The notes under the pieces: generated by a model
Database searches by the model: none
What the model saw: only the letters and a program-made list of their open reading frames with translations
Told to the model about the DNA's origin: nothing
Part shown: in pieces, positions 10,401-22,300 of the stretch
Layout: each line of letters starts with the position of its first letter
How positions within the stretch are numbered: position 1 is the first letter of the stretch
NCBI GenBank assembly: GCA_965178125.1
Contig: OZ237763.1
Span: 558,001 to 622,000 of the forward strand
DNA: 64,000 bases
Source of the DNA: Bilabrum cf. latius
Taxonomy: Eukaryota
Direction of reading: 5' to 3'
Position numbers and translations under genes: made by a program

Positions 10401-12050
10401 GCTGCTATGGGGAGTGAGATGTCTTTTGATCGGCGCAGCGACATCGCGGAGCTCGAGCAGGCGATGGAGGCGTCCTCCAGGGAGCCGCCTCCCGGCTAGA
10501 AGTCATATGCGGCGAGCATGGAGGCGCTTCGGGTACTCATGCAGTCTGGCGTGGGGAGGATCGGGCGGCGCATGGGCCGGGCATGCATGCTCGCTCTGAG
10601 GGTGCTGCGCCACGCAACTGTCACACCTGGTCCGCATAAGGGGGGACCTTAGGAAGCTGGAGTACTCGATCTCATTGGGCCGTGCGACCGTGCCGAAGCA
10701 AGAGCACTGGACGAGGAAGCGGTGAGGGAGGTTAGGCAGAGGGAAAAAGGAATGGTAGACGAAGAACGATCGTAGTCTGGCAGCCTGTTGCGTTGCCCCG
10801 GCGGTGGCGTATTTACGCTCAGGACCAAAGAGTGCAAGTTCGGTCGTGCAAGGGCGAGGCGGCGTCTTGGCCTAGCCTAGTAGATCATCGAATACTGCGC
10901 TGGAAGATCAGGTGCAAGCGAATGCGAAGGTCCAGGTCTTGAGGCTGTGGCGCTTTCAGGGGTAGAATCAGGCGGAAGTGCAGGCGATGCAGCGCAGCAT
11001 CCAACAGACGAGTCATGCCCCTCAGCCGACATCGAGTATGCTACCCTGAGCCTGCTGCCTCTCCGAGCGACGGTCGAGGCACTCCGCCGATCCTACCGGA
11101 GCGTGACTCAAAAATATCATTCTTCTGTAACTATCAGCACGCCTGCCCTCGTGTGCCTGCATGCAGTGATCTGCGTGGCAGTGGACGAGATCGGCAAGGC
11201 GTCGGTGGAGCAAGCCAGAGCCCAGTGCCGCCAGCACGTGGATCACGAGACCATAGCAGATGCGCGCCGGAACGGCCGGCTAGGTCTCAGTCAGTGGAAA
11301 GCACCGCTTGAGCGCTGGCTGGGGTATGTTTTGGAGAAGTTGGAGCAGTCCACGGAGATGGAAAAGGCCGCGGTGTCGTCCGATGGGCAAGATTCCACCA
11401 AAGCAGGCACGGCTGCAGGTACCTCGCGAGCGGACTGCGCTTCGGCGGGTCTCCTCTCTGCTGAGAATGGCATGCCTGGCACACCAAGCGGGGGTATTCT
11501 CGTGCCAGACACTGCACACGGTTGGGTGAGAGGTGCGCTGGACGGCCTAGTATCCGAAGACGATGTTCGAGCGTGCAGTGACCCGCGGTGCTGGACTATG
11601 GTGCGTGTCCCCGCGGGTCGAGATAAGGGGTCGTACGCAGTCCGCATACCTAGCATGAGGGGCGGGCCTGCTTCTGGCCCCTGTCTTCTAGTGCAGGTCC
11701 TGCCACGGCCATCACTGGACGCCCCTCAGAAGGTATTGCTCCGATCCGTGGCAGGGCTCGATGCAACCCTGGCGGCATACTGGCAAGTTTTCGGTGACGT
11801 TCACAGTCCCATACAGGCCAGGATCGGGAAGATAGGGATGACACCCATCCTCAGCTTCATCCAGAGCATTGTCAACCAGACAGGGCGGCACCTGGCAGCT
11901 ACGGCGGTTTGGCTCGCGGTGCAATGCGGGAGAAAGACAGTGTCATCGCGCGAGGTACAAACCGCCGTTCGACTGTTCTTGGCCGGAGAGCTCGCACCGC
12001 ACGCAGTTCGGGAGGGCACCAAGGGCATCACGAAGTTTTGTAATTCGTGA
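7482..12050 (+). CDS. PINK1-like (pseudo)kinase fused to H2A-, H4-, H3- and H2B-like histone folds, about 1522 aa, 8 internal TAG
   Basis: Track ORFs 7446, 8472, 9903 and 10947 share one frame, separated only by TAG (8259, 8433, 9849, 10497, 10650, 10773, 10878, 10881); ends TGA 12048. Kinase motifs: VAVKVVFN, LPFHRNLVRV, VLTDL*LDS, VIAELG, CPEV, YGKQPSWQLG. H2A: GIRFSVHR...AGASVYLAAVHEYLCAELEELCGN...AIKEDAEL. H4: LRNAVTCVEY...WQDVAHA. H3 (weak): LLPLRATVEA...ALVCLH...TIADARR. H2B: RKTVSSREVQTAVRLFLAGELAPHAVREGTKGITKF. Confidence 0.85.
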
Positions 12051-12433
12051 GGGTTGGGTGTTGTTGCTGACGATGATTGTGGCTGAGGCCCGTGATGTGA
12101 GGTGCAGAGGAATAGAGTGCCTCCAACACTGCGACGTGCTAGGGGAGCAGGCAGCATGTGGCCAGAAGGAGCGCATAGCTGAAGGGGCGGCGGGGGGATG
12201 AGGGGGTCCATGGACGTAGGGAGCGGGGGAGAGACGCCAGCAGGCGTCAGAAGGATGAAACAGATGAACGTGACAGGGTGAGGGGCTAGAATTGGGATGC
12301 ACAGCCGGGGTTGAAGTTGGAGGCGCGTAATAGACGCTTATCATCTTATTTGACGTCAACAACGAATCAGACTCTGTCTCCTTAAATCCGGATTCCGGAT
12401 CCGACGAAGAGTGGGGATGGATGAACACGTCTG

Positions 12434-13174
12434 TCACTTACACTCTTGCTTCAGGATCCAAGCGGTGCTGACCGGTGTGCGAGTGCGTACCCGGTGAACG
12501 GTTTCTGTCTTCGCAGAACGATGTATACCTACCCAAGGGCACACTTTTGTGCTACATGTCCAACTCAGCAGCCATGACTTGGCGGTCCGACCTGCGCGTT
12601 CAGTTCTGGTCGATGCCTGATCGCCTCTTCCTTTCTTCTCAGTAACCGTGCACCACAAGACAGAATGGACAAGGCTGTGAGGCATCTCGATTGAACTGTT
12701 CTAGTATCCCTTGCCCCACGGCCGGGATAATGCCTGCCTAATCGCATGCTGCTCGAACCCTCTTGAGTCCTCCGGCGCTTTGGTGACCCACCACTTGCGA
12801 TAGCGTGCCCGTTCTCGTTCTCCACCTCGCATCACGATTACAAACCCTGAACATAGTCCGTGGTATGTGTGGGACGTGTCTGAGAAGAAGGTGTAGTCCT
12901 GGTGGTCGCCGAGCGCAGGCAGCGTCCGGCCGACGGACCAGCTCATGTTGCGAAATGCCGAATCTGTGTCGATCAAAACTGTCCAATCGTACCTATCTGC
13001 GCATTCACATCTAGCTAGCAGCTAGCTCATGGGTCCTGGTTTGGGCTGCTGCTGCTCGAAGTTGTAGCACGCTAGGAATGCCCTGCAGTCACCTCGACGG
13101 TGCTTGCCGGAAGATCGCGTGACAGGCACGACAAAACTGTAGTCGTAGCCACTCTTCTTCGCGTAGGCGGCGTT
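12434..13174 (-). pseudogene. Glycosyltransferase family 34 (GMA12/MNN10)-like fragment, apparently 5'-broken
   Basis: One frame with 2 TAG (13022, 12701) reads NAAYAKKSGYDY...YDWTVLIDTDSAFRNM (DxD)...SGFVIV...FEQHAI. An in-frame TGA at 13175-13177 lies just upstream, with no start codon or TM anchor before the first motif. Confidence 0.5.
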
Positions 13175-13234
13175 TCACTCCGCAGTCTTGGCACGGCAGC
13201 GAGCGTTGGCCAGCCATGAGTCGCTCTCATAGAC

Positions 13235-13292
13235 GGTGGAGGGCAGTCGCGTGTCGAGCTTGTGGTGGAGGGCAGTCGCGTGTCGAGCTTGT
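13235..13292. repeat. 29-bp direct tandem duplication
   Basis: ggtggagggcagtcgcgtgtcgagcttgt occurs at 13235-13263 and 13264-13292, just downstream of the TMEM94 stop. Confidence 0.9.
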
Positions 13293-13300
13293 CTCCAAAA

Positions 13301-16300
13301 TCACCTCGGCGAGAACTGCCCCAGTCTCGTGTCGAACAGCAACCTGGCTTCTTCGTCGCTGGCCCGCTTGCGCTGCCGCTCCCACCGTGCCGCCATGCTT
13401 GCAGCCCACACGGTCACCAAGAGAACCAGCGCTGCGCCGATCCAGGCGGCCAAAGGCAGCCCCAACCAGCTGACCACTGAGCTTGCACCATTGCACCCCC
13501 CAAGGCCTAGCAGCAGATCCACAGCGGTGCTACTGCCACCTTGCGCTGACCCGCCGTCGCAGCTGGTTGACAAAGAGCCCCACGATAGCTCGCCCCAGCC
13601 CTCAACCCAGTCCCTCCCGAAGACAGAGCCCTGACCTAGACCCAGCACGAAAGATGCCGCACCATGCACAACCAACAGCCAGACGCCAGCCGCCCGCATG
13701 GCTGGGTTTGAGCAGGCGGGAGCTGCACGCCCGCATACCCCTCGCCCACCTTTGAACTGCATAGAGCACGCCAAACACGCGGCAACCACGCCGAGAATGA
13801 GAACAGCCCCACCCCTGGCAGCAGCAATCGCGTGGCCGATGGCAGCTGCTGATGCATCGGATCGAGGCGTCCACCCACCATCCAGCCAGGCGCCCCCATC
13901 CATGGACCATAGGTCCAGCCCAGAGTTCGGCCGCACGAACGGAAAGCCACCGGCAAGCACGATCCATCCGTCTCCGAGCTAAGCAACGCTATCTCTCGAG
14001 GCAAACTGCGCCATAACAGGCGCAGGGTATGCTTGGGAGCGTAGGAGGCGCTCAGAGGCAGCGACGAGCGAAGCTGCGAACCACAACACGACAGCGGTGC
14101 CGACGACGAGAACCACCGCGATGGACGGGGTAAGCTGCTAGCAAGCAGACTCGGGCGCGCGATCCAGAACAGGCCTCTTTAGCTGGCGCGCGCGAAGGGG
14201 CAAAGCAGGGATGGAAGCGTCGAAGCTGGAGCTCTCGATCCCCGACATGGCCTAGTCAGCGAACTCGCCGGACCCGACCGACGGCTGACCGCCAGCTGTG
14301 TATATCGAGTCAGCACGCGCACCTGATCCCGATTCGCCCACGCCCCCTCTGCAGCAGCAGCAGCAGACCAGTATGGAGTGACATTGCCTGGTTGCACCCT
14401 CCAGCAGCAGATCCAGCTGCACTGCGTGATCTGCAAGCATGGCTGACCTGCCCATCAGCGGCTAGGCCAGCGCCAACGATTCGGGATCCACGCCGACCTC
14501 TTCCCCGAGTAAACGATCAGTTGCCGTTGCGAGCCGGGCTACTTGGATCCGCGCGGCCATGGTCGAAGCAGCGACTTCCTGCGCATCGGCATCTGGATCT
14601 GCCGCAGCGGTGGTCGGTACAGGGGTCTCGGCCACCACGTGTTCACCGTCGCCTCGGACATCTTCGCTGTGCGAGATGTCCTCGACTCTCTCCAGGTGCT
14701 GCTCCGCTGCATCCACACAGGCAGACGCCCACGCTGAGGCGAGCCTGGCGGCAAACGCGGGCCTGATGGTATCCTGTAGTGTCTGGAACTCCCCGTCGTC
14801 CTCCAGCCCCTCCACCGAGTCGTCTTGCGAGCCGATCGCGCCATCAGCCACTGCCTCTTGCCTGGCCCTCTGTGCCTTCAGCTCAGCGGCAGTGATGTCT
14901 ATCCTCTCCTTGGATACTGCGGCATCACCGTCCCAGTGCTTCAGCCTGCGAGCAAGCCTGCCTACCGGCCCAACGCCATTGACGTCTTGCTCTTGGCACT
15001 TCCAAGTGGTGCGGCGCATTCCCGCCACGCATGGGCAGTTGCATGGCGCACACAAAACCCAGCAGAACTCAGATGCGGTGAAGCACTGCCAGCAACAGCC
15101 GCTGCTAGCGTCCTCCTCCCGCTCAAGATCCTCCTCGTGGTCTGCCTCGTCTCCTTCCTCCAGCCTCTTCACTGGAACCGCCCGCGAGCCCACCGTGTGT
15201 GTCGTGGGAGGTGCCGCGAGCATGATGGCGGCAAACGAAGGCCCCATCACGAACGCCAGCCAGGCAAGCCCCAGAGGTGTAAACGGTGCCGGCAGTCCCA
15301 GCACAGCACACAGCGAGTAAACGAAAGACAAGAGCGCTTCGAATCGGAGGAGGAATGCCAGCGCCTGACCGGCGTTGTCCAGGCCTCGCCGGGCTGCCTC
15401 GATTGCCTTGCCGACCACATGGATGCCCACGTCAGCCTGGAGCGACAGGGTCGCATGCACCGACGCAATATCCAGGGCGAACCTGTACAGTGGATTTTCC
15501 TTCTGTTCGGAGCCCGCCGGTGTCCCGCTCCTGCCTGGGCCGGCGCCATTGCCGGCGGGAAGCTCGGGCTGCATAACGATGGCGGCGTCGGCCACTCGAG
15601 CTAGCCCCGGCGAGTGCCGCAGTAGGCCCGTGCTAACTACCGCGCTTGTCTCTCCGAACTCCTGGGCCATCCGCATTGTTGCTGCGATCGTCATCGGAGT
15701 GGAATCGTTGAGCATCTAAACCAGCAGCGGCACGTTATCCACGCACACGACGTGCTTCCTCAGCTCCTTGGGGCCCTCTGGCAGCTGTGCCTTGATCTGT
15801 GCCACCTCGAGGTTCTTGGCCTCTTCTTGCCTTGCTTCCAGCAGCTGCTTGAGCTCCGTATCGGTAAGGTTGCTGGTAAAATGCGACAGCGCCTCCTCGC
15901 CTGCCGCCCCTTCCGCGCTGACCCGCGTCCTGGCTACGTCAGGGTTCGACTTGGCGTAGGCAGAGGCACCAGCGGACGCGGCACGGGCCGGGAGAAGGAC
16001 TTGCGGCGGCGCGTTGGCGCTCGCAGGAGCTGAGTCGGGGCCTGTCAGCATGGGCATGCCCCTCCGCTGGATGGGCATGGAGGCTGACTACGCACTTCGC
16101 TGGCCACGACCCGCAACCAAGTCCAACCCGATGCGACCCGGCCCAGGACCAAGCGAAGCTGCGACGGCAGGCGGGATTTCCCCTGGCCCTGGTCCGCCCC
16201 ACGCCATAGGGTTGTCGGCTTCTGCGCCGAACGGGTCGCGGTCTGCGGCATTCAGGCCTCCAAGGGCCTGTGCTTGGAGCGTATCGCTGGCGATTGCCTA

Positions 16301-19300
16301 GCTGGGTCCAGCCCCAAAGGCAGCTGCCGTGGAAATGGGAGCGGTGTCTAGGTCTAGTTTCACGGGAGCAAAGGCCCCGGTTGTTCCGTCTGCACCACTT
16401 TGGTCATTGGGCTCTGCAGCAGCAACAGCGACGTCTCCCCCACCAAGCTCCATTGCATTACTGCGAGTAGGGAGTCCCAATTCCTGCACTGCCAGCACAG
16501 ATGCACTTAAATCGTTTCGAATCACCCCGGGCTGTTGGCTCACCGGTGTTGGCTCGCGGTCACTATCAGCAGAACAGGAGCCGGGCCTACCGAAGTCTCC
16601 ATCCTCACTTGGGGTGCGGGTCACTGGGGCAGACGTGGTGCCTGCCTGCGCTACATCACTGGAGAGTGCGGCCCACCCAGGATTGCCTAGCTAGTTTGCA
16701 ATGGCTGGCACTTCTGCATCGTCGTCGTCAAGGCTGGCCCTACTGATGACCTAATTGCTGGGCACCGGGGCCGTTACTCTGTTGCTGGATCCATGCGAGC
16801 TGTGAGCAGATGCAAACTCCATAAATTCCATGGCTCTACCTTCGGCATCGGGCCTAGCTTCATTTGCCACCGTTCCGACTGCGTCATCCGCATGAGCAGC
16901 AGCTTGATCTGCAGGCTGTCCTCCTCCATCTTCTTTGCCTGTCTACTCCGCTGCAGGGTCAGACAAGATTGCATCCAGCTCCGCCTGCGCCTTAAGTACT
17001 GATTGGGCTTGAACACGCATGGTGTCAGGCGCAGCAAGCCACGCACCGGGGTCTAACGACGCCTTGCGCACTGCCAGTCCGTGTGCAGGCTTCGACCCAC
17101 GCAAGGATACCGAGGTATTCCACCCCGTCTACAGGCCCATCCTGTCGGCCAGCGGCTTTGCAGGCGCAAATCGGTCCGCAGAAGCAAACACAAAACGCAC
17201 TGCAGCGGCATCCAGCATGCCCACAGCCCGCTGCACCTTTCGCAAAGGGTCCTGACGAGCAGCCACCATCCCAAGCAGGACGTGGTCACGCCGCAGGCTC
17301 CGCAGCCTGCCATCCGCGCCCAGCCGCCGGGTGGCGCGCCCTTGCCGGAAGTGATCTTCCACTCCGCTGCCTACCATAGGAGGCTCCGACACCGGTAGCA
17401 CACCCGAATGCTCGCCTCCTTCGTCGCCCGAGTCCTCAAGTAGAGCGACTGCAGCCGGGACGGCTTGCGGTCTCGGCTTCTGAGTGCCACCTGCCTTGGC
17501 ACGGCTTGCAGCGCTCTTGCCTGCGACGATTGACGGCCTCACCTTCCTCTGCCTGCCCAGCCGCAGCGACGTGACGAGTGGTCTCCCTGTCTTGATCGAG
17601 CTGCTTGCCGCCGTCTGCAGCATTTTGGAAGCGTCATCTTTCTGAATACCCCTCGAGTCTATCGGGACCAGGGAGAACGCCATACACTGAAGCCCCTCCG
17701 CCTTCCACTGGCTATAGGTCAGTCGCAGCTGCTTTCTCCTCTGTAGCTTCATGTCCTCTGCCTGACCGCCCGTCCACACCAGCCGGCAGCGGGGCAGGAT
17801 AGCCGTGGGCAAACCGCTCGAGGTGCTCACCTGAGTCAGCGATCCAGCACCTGCAAGCACGCTGTGCAGCCCAGGATCGAGCCATGGAGTTCTGTGTCCG
17901 TGACGCCGCCTCGGGCGACTTCGCCGCTCTCTGGAGCCGGGCAGTGACACGCGGGCTGCCACTTCCGCACGACTGATCCTGCCCGTGTCAGGCTGGTGCG
18001 ATGCCGTAGCACCCATAGCAGAGTACGGGGTCTCGGCCAGGCGCACACTGTCAGACATGCGTCTCAACGGATCAAACTTGTCGCCGAGAACGGCTGGGTC
18101 AGCCTCGATTTCGCTTCCTGCTACGGATGCGGCCTTGTCGACCAAATCAGAGGGGGCAATGGCCGCTTCTACAAACTATCGTGCGCGACTGGCATCGATC
18201 GGCGTCCCTCGAGTCTCGGACACTACAGAATCCGCTGCACTCGGCCCCCTGCTGTGCTAGAAGGCTTGCATCGTTTCGGCGCCACGGAGCGGGGCAGCGT
18301 TACTGCTGGTAACCCGCATGGCTTGAGGCGTCAGCGACCCTATCCTGTTGCGGGCCGCCATCTCAATCAACCCAACCCGATCCGATCTTCCCTGCACCGG
18401 AGTCAGCGCCACGCCAAGGCTGCCCAAAGCATCCGGAAGAGAGTCATCGGTGCCATTGCTAGGCAGCCGCGGTGGACGGACTATGCCATCACCTGCAGTC
18501 CCCAGCAAACTGCGTCCACTCGGCCCACTCGTCACCTCGAAGACCCCTGGCATCATCGCGACGTCATCAAACGAAGATCTGACGCGGGATGGCTCGGCAA
18601 CAGAGCTGCTGTCCGCTATCTCCTGAAAGCGAGATGCGGGCGGGGCTGAGGCGTCTGAGGTTGTTCTGTTCCTCTCACGCATGCGCCTGGACTGATCTGG
18701 CATAGACCTTGCTGCTTCCGTATCGCTGCTGCTCGAGCTATCAGCAGAGCTTGCACTGCTTCCATCCTCACCATCGTCATCAGAAGAGGAAGAAGACGAT
18801 GAGTCACCGATACGCTTCGCAAACCTACCGATCGCTCCAATGGAGCGTCGTCGGCGTCTCAATCTATTCCTGCGTGTTGATCTGGCCCGTGGCTTGCTCT
18901 GCCTATCTTCGACCATCTTTATTTCATCTCTGCTGGCATCTGCTTGACCGGTCTGGTTGTCATTGGAAGGCGTGCGCTTGCTTCCTCCCCTACTACCTCT
19001 CCCCTTGTTCTTCCCTCCTTTCACGGATAGGATGGTATCCAGCACGGCGTGCACCCGCATCGCCTGCCATGGCGCAGACACGGCGTTGTGCTGGTTCTTC
19101 CCCTTGACTGTACCCCCGGTCGTGTTACCTGATTTGTCTACGTCCGCGAGTGGGTTGCTTTGCAGCAGCTGCATGGCACCGGATACACCCGGCGGAGTCA
19201 CTTCCTGGACGGCCGCAGCAAATTGCGAATACCACTCGCGGGCCGCGGGCCTGCTGGCCAGAGCTGCCAGCTGGTCTGCAGGATGCAGTGGGTGCAGCGC

Positions 19301-22300
19301 CCGCGCCCCTCCAGCAGCAAGCTGCCGCGAGCCGGTACTCAGGGACGCCATGTGGGTCGCGAGAGCGAGCGGGGCCAGCTGGCTCCACTAGTCCGATGAC
19401 TTGCTCTCTAGTCGCGACCCCTGAGCTCCCGTTGATGAGCCTTCGACAGCAGAAACAGAGGACTATAGCTTCACCACGGATACCCTGTCACCGGGCTGCA
19501 TCAGAAGAACCGAGTCTGGGGTGGGGTGCGGCGCGCACACAGCAGCTTGATCCGAGATGACAACTGAAGTCACGCTGCCTAGCCTGAAGGTCGCAGACGA
19601 GCCTAGTAGTGGCACATCAATCTCCTTTACGCCGAAAGGAAGACAATGCGTTGGCGCATGCTCACCACCGCTGGCAGTCACCTCACTATCGCCTAACAGC
19701 AGGTTCTCCCAAGCATCAGGGACAGGCAGCACAGCACTGGCTCTGACGCGCAGAATCCGAAGCACATAGCGAAGCACTGTCTCACCCGCAGGATTTCTCC
19801 AGGGCTTGATGCTCTCGTCCGTCACCTCTACCTCTCGCTAACCGGCCAGCGATGCTGGACTCTCGGCGGCGCAGCACAGGCTGGCGCAGCCCCCGCGGCG
19901 AACCGCAACTAACCCCTTCCCGCAGGTGCCCCCGGGCTCAAAGTCATCCTCGTCGTCCGAATCGGCCAGTCCCAGCGCCGCCTGCGCCTCTTCCTCGCTT
20001 GAATCTGAGCTCCCGCGCGCTCTATCCTCCCCTCTCCCGCCTGCCATTGCGAGAGCACTCCTTGGTGCTCGAGGCAGCACGCCGGAGAACACGCCGCAGC
20101 AGCAGCCGCGTCCCAGCTGGTGGCTCGCTCCTAGGCCAAGCGCAAAACTGGTCTGTAGTCCCACACAGCTGGCCCTCATCTCACCGAGAATCATCCCAGT
20201 TCTACTGCCCGCGAAGCAAGCTTGGGGTCCTAGACCAGAGTGCCCGGCGAGACGTCCGCAGCACGCCAGAATGCAATTCAGGGGAGAACACAGCAGCAGG
20301 TCAACCAGATTCCCGGCTGCATCGACGAGCGCATCGCACGGCCCTGCATCGACCCCCCTTGCTGTCACAGCTAGTACGCGAGCGGCGAGGCCCCCAGCCC
20401 CGCGAGCCGCTGCTGCCCTTACAGCAGGGTCAACGATCCGCGAGTAGTCCTACACACGGCCGCATGGCGTCAAAGAGCACCCCAGTAGGTTGCACGGACA
20501 CAGGACTACTGAAGCTAGCAGCTCCACCACTGCAGCTCCAGAGTCAGCGAGAACGAGCAAGCAGGCATCCGCGCGTCGCTGCGCTGCATCGGTGCGGTAG
20601 TCGTTCTCGTCCAGCGCCCAGTGGCGCATGTTGCCTCTTCCAGTGCGGTTCGCCTTGTTGCCGGCTGCAAACCTGACTGGCAGCACAGCAGATGCGCCTC
20701 GCACTGTCGACCAGACGGACCCGGCGTACAGCTCCAGCTGCTCGTACGCGTCCTTGGATAGATCCTGCACTCGCTTCCACAACGTCTCGCGCCTATCCTC
20801 ACGCTCCTTTCTGGCGGCTGCCTCCGCCACGGCGTTACCGGCCCTACGATACAAAGCCCTTCTCTTGGCCCATTTCTGGCCCTCTTCCTGACCCCATCCC
20901 GCGGTGTCCTCCTGTTGGGCAGGGGAGCAGCACTGTGCAGCATGCTAGCAGCACGAGCAAAGCCATGCGCACGCTCCGTAGACTCCACAGCTTGCCATGC
21001 AGCGGTGGCAGCAACTCGCAGGGTTTGCTTTCGTCGGTCTTGCGCCGATTGGTCCGCGCCTCTGGCGGTGCCTAGCCGCGCCCCTTCCATCCTCATCTGC
21101 CTCGTCCTCGTCTGGCACAGCACCTCCTCCCCCGCAGCACCCGCACAGCACGCGTAGCTCGCCGCAGCATCCACGGGCCCGGCTGGCAAGCATATCAAGC
21201 TCACCGGCAATGTCTGCATCGGCCACGTTCTGCATGCACCCTTCGCAGCAGAAGAGCGCCCGAACCGGTCCACAGCTTAGCAGCCAGAGGCATGCCCGGA
21301 GCACCAGGCCGGCAATAGCCAGCGCCCCACCGATCCCAAAGCAGCCACAATACAAGCATCGCGACGCAAGCCCACCCGCACATGGTCCACCTTGAAGCAC
21401 GACGGGCGCCGCACCACCCATCCACTACGACAGAGCGGCACGCTACGCAGCCGCCCCGCCAAGGCTTGAGAGCTCAGGGCCTACTTTCGGCACCGAGCGC
21501 ACGGCAGTTCCCACGCTCCTGGCCAGGGCGAGTCTCCTCAACCTCGCGTCAGCCACCGCACCACAGCAGAGCAGCCTGTCGGCACAAGCGCCCGCGCCAA
21601 CTATGGATGCGGCAGACGCCTGCGCGTGCGCGGCTTCATCTGCGCAACGAGCCACAGCGCCGCTAGCTGCTGTGGAGGACGTGTGGGGCACGCTAGCCGG
21701 GATCGACCGCGCTTGCACGCCCTGCCCGTCGCCTAACCCTTCAATCGCTGGCAAGAAGCTGGAGGTGACAGGATCGTACCCGGCCACGCCCCACTCGGCA
21801 AGGGCTCTAAGTTCTGCCTGCAGGATCGGCACGGCAGCGGGGCCCGCTACGGGCTTGGATGGCGAAAGAGCATCACGTGCTTGGAAAGGCGGCGCACCTT
21901 TGCCCTCGGTCTTACTTGAGTCTGTGCTGCCGCTGGCACCGGTGGACCGAGGCCCGGAGCTGCCCCCAGCTGGCCCTAGGGCCGCAACGCTGTTGCCGTG
22001 CACCTCGCCCCAGGACCTGATCTGCACTCCGTTTGCCACGGCCAATGGCTACACCGAGCTGGCACGATCCACGAAGATCTCGAAATCGCCGCGTTTGCCT
22101 ACGTCCTAGCTAGCCACTGAGCTACCGGACGAATCCACCGCTCGTGAGCTGCTCGAACCCTCCCGTACCCCCTCCCTACTGCGTACTTCCCTCTCCCACC
22201 TCGCTTGCAATCGCTGCCTGGCTCGCAGACGCCGGGCAGTCACACCCGGAGCGACTAGAAGTGATCCATCGGCCGCGCCACCGTCGCTCTCTGAATCAGA

